A stretch of 64,000 nucleotides of DNA from Acidobacteriota bacterium (GTDB taxonomy: Bacteria > Acidobacteriota > UBA6911 > RPQK01 > JAJDTT01). The notes under the pieces were generated by a model. That model worked only from the letters and a program-made list of their open reading frames with translations, was not told the origin of the DNA and made no database searches. Made by a program: the position numbers and the translations under genes. This document shows, piece after piece, positions 57,263 through 64,000 of this stretch (position 1 is its first letter; every line of letters starts with the position of its first letter). The stretch spans positions 3,872,001-3,936,000 of the forward strand of contig OZ242374.1 in NCBI GenBank assembly GCA_965209055.1, read 5' to 3'.

Positions 57263-57535
57263 ATGAATTCAACCATAGATAAAGCTGGTCGCATCGTGAT
57301 TCCCAAGGCGATTCGAGACGCGGCCCGGCTGAAGCCGGGTACGAGGGTCGGCTTTCGGGTCATTTCCGGACGTGTGGAGATTGAGCCGGTTCCGCTTGAA
57401 GTTACGCTTGAGCAACGCGGCCCACTAGTTGTCGCCGTTCCAAGTCAGCAGCAGCCAGTCTTGAAGGCGTCCACGGTCGAGCGCACGATAGATGTGGTCC
57501 GTGATCGCGGAACCGCGAAGGGGGCTCCTGATTGA
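57263..57535 (+). CDS. AbrB/MazE family antitoxin
   Basis: IDKAGRIVIPKAIR. Confidence 0.9.
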   Translation: MNSTIDKAGRIVIPKAIRDAARLKPGTRVGFRVISGRVEIEPVPLEVTLEQRGPLVVAVPSQQQPVLKASTVERTIDVVRDRGTAKGAPD

Positions 57536-57963
57536 GCCGGTATCTATGCGACACCAGTTGTCTCGTCGCAGCGGTCTGCACCTGGCACGAACACCATGCC
57601 CGCACCCGTGCCGAGATACAGAGCCGCAGCCGCGATCATGAAGACATGGTTCTTGCATCCCATTCTCTCGCGGAAACTTATGCTGTCCTCACCCGGCTCC
57701 CTCCTCCCTATCGATTAAGAGCCGACGACGCACTTTCCTTGATTGAGATGAATTGGGGTGGCGCACCCGTCGTGCACCTGACGGCCTCTGACACATGGCG
57801 GGCGTTGCGAGAAGCGCCGCGACTCGGAATCTTTGGCGGACAGACGTACGACGCGCTCATTGCGGCTGCTGCGATCAAGGCCGAGGCGTCGGTGTTACTT
57901 ACCTGGAACCTGCGTAACTTCTCCCAGTTTTCGGGGAGAATCAGCATCCGTGCGCCCGTTTGA
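57532..57963 (+). CDS. vapC: PIN-domain toxin
   Basis: CDTSCL, LAETY, YDALIAA and LTWN. Overlaps the antitoxin. Confidence 0.88.
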   Translation: MSRYLCDTSCLVAAVCTWHEHHARTRAEIQSRSRDHEDMVLASHSLAETYAVLTRLPPPYRLRADDALSLIEMNWGGAPVVHLTASDTWRALREAPRLGIFGGQTYDALIAAAAIKAEASVLLTWNLRNFSQFSGRISIRAPV

Positions 57964-58047
57964 AATGTCTCCCCATAGCCCAACCGAACTACTTGCCTGA
58001 AACTGCCGATTGGCGGCTGCTTGAGCGGCGGGTCGGCCGGCTCGTTC

Positions 58048-59418
58048 TCACGACTGCGAAGTCCCGGGTGATTCCGGAGGTCCGGAACCTGTCCTGTACC
58101 AGTCCACGCGCCGGGTGGCATACATGATGGCCGCCAGGATGCCGAAGAGGCCGAGGGAACCGATAAGCAGGGCGAAGTCCTCGTTCGTGAGGAGGACGTA
58201 CAGGTAGACGTAAAGGGAGGCGACGCCGGCGGCGAGAAGCAATGCGAGCCGCAAGCGGCGCAGCAACGCCGCCGAGTACGCGGCTACCAACGCGATGATC
58301 GAAATGCTGGCCAGGGAGTAGGCAAGTGGGAAGCCGATGTGCTCGGACAGCGAGAGCTCCAGAAGGTAGAAGAGGCAGAGAGCTCCTCCCAGCATGAGGT
58401 ATTGGATCGGATGGACGCGAACGCCTACCAGGACTTCGATCAGCCAGACGAAGGCGAAAGGGAGGAGGGCAAAGAGGAAGGCGTACTTTAGGCTGCGTTC
58501 CGCCATACGGTAGTGATCGACCGGATGGACCAGCTCCACACCGAAACGTGAGCCGTCGACGGATTCATTCATCCTGTCCTCAGCCCTCCACGCCTGCGGA
58601 TAGTTTCGGCCCAGAGACGGGATCGACCACTTGGCCTGAAAGTCCGAGGCCGACACGGAGCGCTCGGCTGGGAGCCAATTTCCCTGAAAGCTGGGATGGC
58701 CGTAATCCGACCGGAGTTCGACGACAGTCTGCTGTCCGAAGGGAGTGAGGTAGAGACCGAGGCTGCCATTCAGGGAGAGCGGAAAAGAGAATCTGAACCG
58801 CTCAGTTGCGTCCGCTGCTCCGACCACCGCGTGGATCCCCGCGACCCCGCCCAGGAAGGCTCCGGTTCCCGGAAGGAAAGACGCGGGCCGGCCATTCCAC
58901 GATACGGAGGTCTCTTCCTGGATTGCGCGCGCGTCCGATATTCCGACGGCCAGATAGGCTCGATCCCAGTGGACCGCCTCGGGCTCGACATCGAACTCGG
59001 CGAAGCCGGGACGTGCAAACTCGCCCTCGACCGTCAGGCTGACGCGGTAGACCGGGATTGAGAAGATCCCCCGAAAGCGGGTCTCGGTGTCGATGGAGCC
59101 GCGAGAGTGGAGGCGCTCGGGGAGGAATACGGCGTGTCGGACCTCGGCTCGGGTGACTTCCTGGCCGCCGGTTGCGACCTCGGTCCAACGATGAGTGTAG
59201 GGCACGACCAGCGCCGGACCGGTGATGATCTGGTCGTTTCCCCACTTTGACGAAACCTCGGCCACCGCCTCCCGGCGCCTCTCCTGGCGCTCCGAGACCA
59301 GCTCCGCGATCATCTCGATGGGAATCTGAAGCAGTAAGGCCAGGAACCCGACCAGGAGGAGGCGCAGCATCTGCGAGCTTCGAAGCGAAGATGTCAACCG
59401 CTCGAGAGAATCTTGCAT
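58048..59418 (-). CDS. creD: Inner membrane protein CreD
   Basis: ITGP.L.VPY, RGIFSIPVY, HPSFQG, ERSLKY, VHPIQY and LSLSEHIGF. Confidence 0.92.
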   Translation of the reverse strand: MQDSLERLTSSLRSSQMLRLLLVGFLALLLQIPIEMIAELVSERQERRREAVAEVSSKWGNDQIITGPALVVPYTHRWTEVATGGQEVTRAEVRHAVFLPERLHSRGSIDTETRFRGIFSIPVYRVSLTVEGEFARPGFAEFDVEPEAVHWDRAYLAVGISDARAIQEETSVSWNGRPASFLPGTGAFLGGVAGIHAVVGAADATERFRFSFPLSLNGSLGLYLTPFGQQTVVELRSDYGHPSFQGNWLPAERSVSASDFQAKWSIPSLGRNYPQAWRAEDRMNESVDGSRFGVELVHPVDHYRMAERSLKYAFLFALLPFAFVWLIEVLVGVRVHPIQYLMLGGALCLFYLLELSLSEHIGFPLAYSLASISIIALVAAYSAALLRRLRLALLLAAGVASLYVYLYVLLTNEDFALLIGSLGLFGILAAIMYATRRVDWYRTGSGPPESPGTSQS

Positions 59419-59536
59419 CGAGTGCGCTCCATCGATTGGGAGATTCCCGAAACATAGCAGGAACACGGGTTCCTTGTAACCGATCCGGTTTTCATCGGAC
59501 AATCTGTTCGAAATCGAAAACTGGAGATGGATCCCC

Positions 59537-61159
59537 ATGAGACGATTCACGATTCTGCTGGTTCCGGCGTCCCTTGCGGTTCTCTTCGGCACCGCCGATG
59601 ACACCTGTGCGGAGGGAGGCGAGAACTCCCTCAAGCCGTCTCCGGACGCCGCCCTCTACGCCTACGGCTACCATCAGCGCCCCTACCCGCTGGAACCGGG
59701 ACCCCATCTCTTCGTGGATTGGCGCTACGTCAATCCGGGCCATGTGACCTACAGGTACCGGGGGCAGCGGATCCAGCGGGATCGGCCCGAAGAATACGGC
59801 CCGGAGATCAACTCCAAGGTCGAGGGCCTTCCCCGGGATGTTCCCACCGGAATCCGGATCGAGGTGCAGACGGCGGGCAAGCTGGGACCCGTGATCAGCA
59901 ACGACCGGCCCTGGGAGTACTTCACGCCCTACGTCAACCTGATCCACCATGACGGGAAGTACATTCTCTTTTACAACACCACCACCTACCGGCTCGGCCG
60001 GAGCTCGGAAGGCTACATGGTCTGCTATGCCGAGTCCGAAGACGGCCTGAACTACCGCAAGCCGCCGCTGGGGCAGGTGGAGTTCCAGGGAAGCCGCCAG
60101 AACAACATCGTCCTGGGGCCGGGGGTCTGCAGGTACGGGATTCACGGTCCGGCCATCTTCGTGGATCCCACCGCCGAGCCCGACGAGCGATTCAAGGCCG
60201 TCTACCAGGCCGCCGTCGACCAGGCGACCGTCGAGCGGATGCAGGCCGCCCATCCCGAATCGGTGACTCCCGCCTCGAAAGACGGGACGGCTCTCATGGG
60301 GGCGGTCTCTCCGGACGGCATCCGGTGGCGGGAACTGGAGGAGCCGTTGATGGGCCACGTCAGCGACACCGGAACCACGGCCTACTGGGACGAACGTCTG
60401 GGCCGCTACGTGGGTTACTTCCGGATGGGGGTCTGGGGACGGCGCATGATCGGCCGCGCCGAAACCGCCGATTTCCGGCGCTGGCCCCGCCCGGAGATGG
60501 TTCTGGCCCCCGACCCTTCAGAGTCGGCGTGGGTCGACTACTACACCAACGGCAGGGCGTTCTACCCGGGCACGAGCACCATGCACCTCATGTTTCCCAT
60601 GATCTACCATCGCAACCTGGACACCAGTACGGTGCGGGTCGCCGCCAGCCTGGCTGGACGGATCTGGAACTTCCTGCCGGGAGGACCGGTCCTGAAGCCC
60701 GGGCCGGAGGGAGCGTTCGACGCCGGATGCCTCTTCCCCGGCGCCGGTCTGGCCGAAATCTCCGGAAACCGGGTCATCCTGCCCTACGTCGGATTCGCCG
60801 TCCCTCACAAGTTTCCCCGGCTGAGCCCCCTGGGAGAGATTGCTTTCGCCGTCTGGCCCAAGCAGCGGCTCAGCGCCCTGGTGGCGGACGAGGAGGGGAG
60901 GTTCGTCACGAACCCCCTCTCCAGCCGTGGAAAGTCCCTCTGGCTTAATTTCGACACGGGCCGGAACGGATCCGTGCAAGTGGAGGTGGTTGGCGTGGAG
61001 GGCAGAAGCCTGGCCGAGTGCGATATCCTGTCTGGTGACCGGCTCTCGAAGCAGGTGACCTGGAAGGGGCGTCCGGATCTGGGAGTCGATCCGGGTCAAG
61101 CCTTTCGCCTGCGGTTCCAACTGCGAGGCGCCAAGCTCTTCGCCTTCGAGATGCGTTGA
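59537..61159 (+). CDS. Exported beta-propeller glycosidase-like protein, distant relative of paralogs A/B
   Basis: CYAESEDG, NNIV, ERFKA, SPDGIRW, YYTNG and a LWLNF C-terminal domain. Confidence 0.65.
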   Translation: MRRFTILLVPASLAVLFGTADDTCAEGGENSLKPSPDAALYAYGYHQRPYPLEPGPHLFVDWRYVNPGHVTYRYRGQRIQRDRPEEYGPEINSKVEGLPRDVPTGIRIEVQTAGKLGPVISNDRPWEYFTPYVNLIHHDGKYILFYNTTTYRLGRSSEGYMVCYAESEDGLNYRKPPLGQVEFQGSRQNNIVLGPGVCRYGIHGPAIFVDPTAEPDERFKAVYQAAVDQATVERMQAAHPESVTPASKDGTALMGAVSPDGIRWRELEEPLMGHVSDTGTTAYWDERLGRYVGYFRMGVWGRRMIGRAETADFRRWPRPEMVLAPDPSESAWVDYYTNGRAFYPGTSTMHLMFPMIYHRNLDTSTVRVAASLAGRIWNFLPGGPVLKPGPEGAFDAGCLFPGAGLAEISGNRVILPYVGFAVPHKFPRLSPLGEIAFAVWPKQRLSALVADEEGRFVTNPLSSRGKSLWLNFDTGRNGSVQVEVVGVEGRSLAECDILSGDRLSKQVTWKGRPDLGVDPGQAFRLRFQLRGAKLFAFEMR

Positions 61160-61197
61160 GCCCGGCGGTTGTTCGGAAACCCTGGAGGTTGAATTCC

Positions 61198-63960
61198 ATG
61201 AAGACACTGGCCCTCATGATCTCTCTGGCCCTGGTCTGGCCCGGCGTCGCCTTCCCTGCGAAGAGCGCCGACGGCTCCATGGCGTCTCAGATCGACATCC
61301 CTTTCGAGAAGTTCGTCCTGCCCAACGGCCTCACCCTCATCGTCCACGAGGACCACAAGGCGCCCATCGTGGGCGTGAACGTCTGGTACCACGTGGGGTC
61401 CAAGAACGAGAAGCCGGGACGGACGGGCTTTGCCCACCTCTTCGAGCACCTCATGTTCAACGGGACGGAACACTGGCCCGGCGAGTTCTTCGAGCCCTTG
61501 GAGGAGGTGGGCGCCACCGGCATGAACGGCACCACCAACGCCGATCGCACCAACTATTTCGAAAACGTTCCCAAGAACGCGCTGGACCTGGCCCTGTGGC
61601 TGGAGTCGGACCGCATGGGCCATATGCTGGGCGCCATCTCCCAGGAGAAGCTGGACGAGCAGCGCGGCGTGGTCCAGAACGAAAAACGCCAAGGGGAGAA
61701 TCAACCGTACGGCCGGGCCTGGACCCTCCTGACCGAAAATACGTATCCGGCGGGCCATCCCTATTCCTGGACCACCATCGGTTCCATGGAGGATCTGGAC
61801 GCCGCCGAGCTGGACGACGTCAAGGAATGGTTCAAGACCTATTACGGCGCCGCCAACGCGGTGCTGTCCATTGCCGGCGACGTCGACGCTCAGGAGGTGA
61901 AGAAGAAGGTCGAGCACTACTTCGGAGACATCCCCTCCGGTCCTCCGGTGGACAAACAGGAAGCCTGGATCGCCAAGATGACGGGGACCCACCGGCAGCA
62001 GATGCAGGACCGCGTCCCCCAGGCCCGGATCTACCGGGCCTGGAACGTTCCCCAGTGGGGCACCCGGGAAGCGGCACTCCTGGACCTGGTGGCCGATATT
62101 CTGGGCGGAGGCAAGACCTCACGGTTCTACAAACGGCTGGTCTACCAGGACCAGATCGCCACGGACGCGTCCAGTTTCCTCTACGCCCGGGAATTGAGCG
62201 GCCGATTCCAGGTGATGTCCACGGCTCACCCGTCGAAGACACTGGGTGAAGTGGAGCGGGCCCTGGCCGAAGAGTTGGAGAAACTCATTCAGGAGGGGCC
62301 CACCCAAGCCGAATTGGATCTGGCCAGAACGCAGACGTTTGCCAGTTTCGTAAGGGGCCTGGAACGGGTCGGCGGGTTCGGCGGCAAGTCCGACATCCTG
62401 GCGTCCAACGAGGTCTACGGCGGTTCTCCCGATACCTACAAGAAATATTTCCGGTACCTGGAGGAAGCGACTCCGGAGGCCCTCCGCGACGTGGCTCGCG
62501 ACTGGCTGTCCGACGGCGACTTCATCCTGGAAGTTCACCCGTTCCCCAAATACTCGACGGCTGATTCGGGAGCCGATCGGGACCGGTTGCCCGACGTGGG
62601 CGAGCCGCCGCCCGCCGAGTTTCCCCGCCTCCGGAAGGCGACCCTCTCCAACGGTCTGAAGGTAATTCTGGCCGAGCGTCACGCGGTGCCCGTCATCAAC
62701 TTCAGGTTGCTCATGGATGCCGGCTATGCCGCCGATCTGGGCGGACTGGCGGGGACAGCCAACCTGGCGGCGGACATGATGGACGAAGGGACTTCGACCC
62801 GGAGCGCGCTTGAGATCAGCGAGGAAGCGGCCCGTCTTGGGGCCAACATCGGCAGCACCGCTTCCCTCGACGACTCGACGGTCTCACTGTCGGCGCTCAA
62901 ATCGAATCTCGCCGAGTCGCTGGATCTCTATGCCGACGTGGTCTTGAATCCCTCCTTCCCGGAGAAAGAGCTGGAGCGGCTCCGGAGCCAGCTCCTGGCC
63001 CGAATCCAACGGGAGAAGGTCAGTCCCGTTCCCATGGCTCTGCGGGTGATGCCCAAGCTGATTTACGGACCCGATCACGCCTACGGGAACCCGCTGACCG
63101 GATCCGGAACCGAAGAGTCGGCGAAGGCCATCACCCGGGACCAGCTCAAGGATTTCCACGCCACCTGGTACCGGCCCAACAACGCCACCCTGATCGTGGT
63201 GGGGGACACGACCTTGGCCGAGATCCAGCCTCATTTGGAGCGGGTCTTCAAGGCTTGGAAAAGCGGACCGGTTCCGGAAAAGAAGGTCGGGCGAGTGGAC
63301 CACCACACCCGGTCCCAGGTCTACCTCATGGACCGGCCCGGATCTCAACAGTCGCTGATCTTCGCCGGGCACGTGGCGCCGCCCACCAACAATCCCGACG
63401 AGATCTCCCACATCACCATGAACCGCATCATCGGCGGCAGCTTCACCTCCCGCATCAACATGAACCTGCGGGAAGAAAAGCACTGGTCGTACGGGGCACG
63501 GACTCTCCTTTACGGCGCCCGGGGCCAGCGGCCCTTCATCGTCTACGCGCCGGTTCAGACGGACAAGACCAAGGAATCCGCAGCGGAGATTGATCGGGAG
63601 CTACGGGAGTACCGGGGAGAGCGGCCCGCCACGGCGGAGGAGCTGGACCGGGCCAAGAAGGCCCAGACGCTCAGCCTTCCCGGACGGTGGGAGACCTCGG
63701 GTGCGGTGGGAAGGACCATCGCCGAGATCGTCCGCTACGGGCTGGCCGACGACTACTACCGGACCTACTCCGGCAAGGTCCGGGCGCTTGACATCCCGGC
63801 CATCCAGGCGTCCGCCAACCAGGTGATTCGGCCGGGCCAGTTGGTGTGGGTCATCGTCGGCGACCTTTCGAAGATCGAGGAGGGGGTCCGGGAGCTCAAT
63901 CTCGGGGAAGTGAAACGGCTCGACCAGGACGGTAATTTGATCGACCCTGCCGGGTCGTAG
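61198..63960 (+). CDS. M16 (pitrilysin/PqqL-like) zinc protease
   Basis: GGAGG RBS, signal peptide, AHLFEH (HxxEH), and a second half with LREEKHWSYG. Confidence 0.95.
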   Translation: MKTLALMISLALVWPGVAFPAKSADGSMASQIDIPFEKFVLPNGLTLIVHEDHKAPIVGVNVWYHVGSKNEKPGRTGFAHLFEHLMFNGTEHWPGEFFEPLEEVGATGMNGTTNADRTNYFENVPKNALDLALWLESDRMGHMLGAISQEKLDEQRGVVQNEKRQGENQPYGRAWTLLTENTYPAGHPYSWTTIGSMEDLDAAELDDVKEWFKTYYGAANAVLSIAGDVDAQEVKKKVEHYFGDIPSGPPVDKQEAWIAKMTGTHRQQMQDRVPQARIYRAWNVPQWGTREAALLDLVADILGGGKTSRFYKRLVYQDQIATDASSFLYARELSGRFQVMSTAHPSKTLGEVERALAEELEKLIQEGPTQAELDLARTQTFASFVRGLERVGGFGGKSDILASNEVYGGSPDTYKKYFRYLEEATPEALRDVARDWLSDGDFILEVHPFPKYSTADSGADRDRLPDVGEPPPAEFPRLRKATLSNGLKVILAERHAVPVINFRLLMDAGYAADLGGLAGTANLAADMMDEGTSTRSALEISEEAARLGANIGSTASLDDSTVSLSALKSNLAESLDLYADVVLNPSFPEKELERLRSQLLARIQREKVSPVPMALRVMPKLIYGPDHAYGNPLTGSGTEESAKAITRDQLKDFHATWYRPNNATLIVVGDTTLAEIQPHLERVFKAWKSGPVPEKKVGRVDHHTRSQVYLMDRPGSQQSLIFAGHVAPPTNNPDEISHITMNRIIGGSFTSRINMNLREEKHWSYGARTLLYGARGQRPFIVYAPVQTDKTKESAAEIDRELREYRGERPATAEELDRAKKAQTLSLPGRWETSGAVGRTIAEIVRYGLADDYYRTYSGKVRALDIPAIQASANQVIRPGQLVWVIVGDLSKIEEGVRELNLGEVKRLDQDGNLIDPAGS

Positions 63961-64000
63961 CCACGGTTTTCGGGAGGGAGTATGAAATTCGGATGTCCGG

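Overview
High-GC bacterial chromosome segment. The gene content (HU followed by a site-2 protease, many Tat/Sec-exported hydrolases, ankyrin, TPR and FG-GAP proteins) is reminiscent of Acidobacteriota, which is an inference only. Positions 1-32150 and 53240-64000 are mostly metabolic and secreted-hydrolase genes with accessory insertions: two PIN-type TA pairs, an orphan HigA, a DriD-like WYL regulator divergent from a tandem AAA+ ATPase, and an IS186-like IS4 element. The main result is a ~21-kb island (32155-53235) bounded by a 14-bp direct repeat. Removing it restores a perfect GTAG-type REP hairpin. Its right end has a tyrosine integrase followed by the 5' half of a tRNA(Arg)-like sequence fused to the REP half, and matching arm-type repeats sit near both ends. 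The island carries a complete type I-G (I-U) CRISPR-Cas system (13 repeats) enclosed by two inverted 276-bp structured repeats with a compensatory base-pair change. It also carries a second P4-type integrase, HU, a RepA relic and small orphan ORFs. All calls come from reading the sequence and recalled family motifs; no searches were run.
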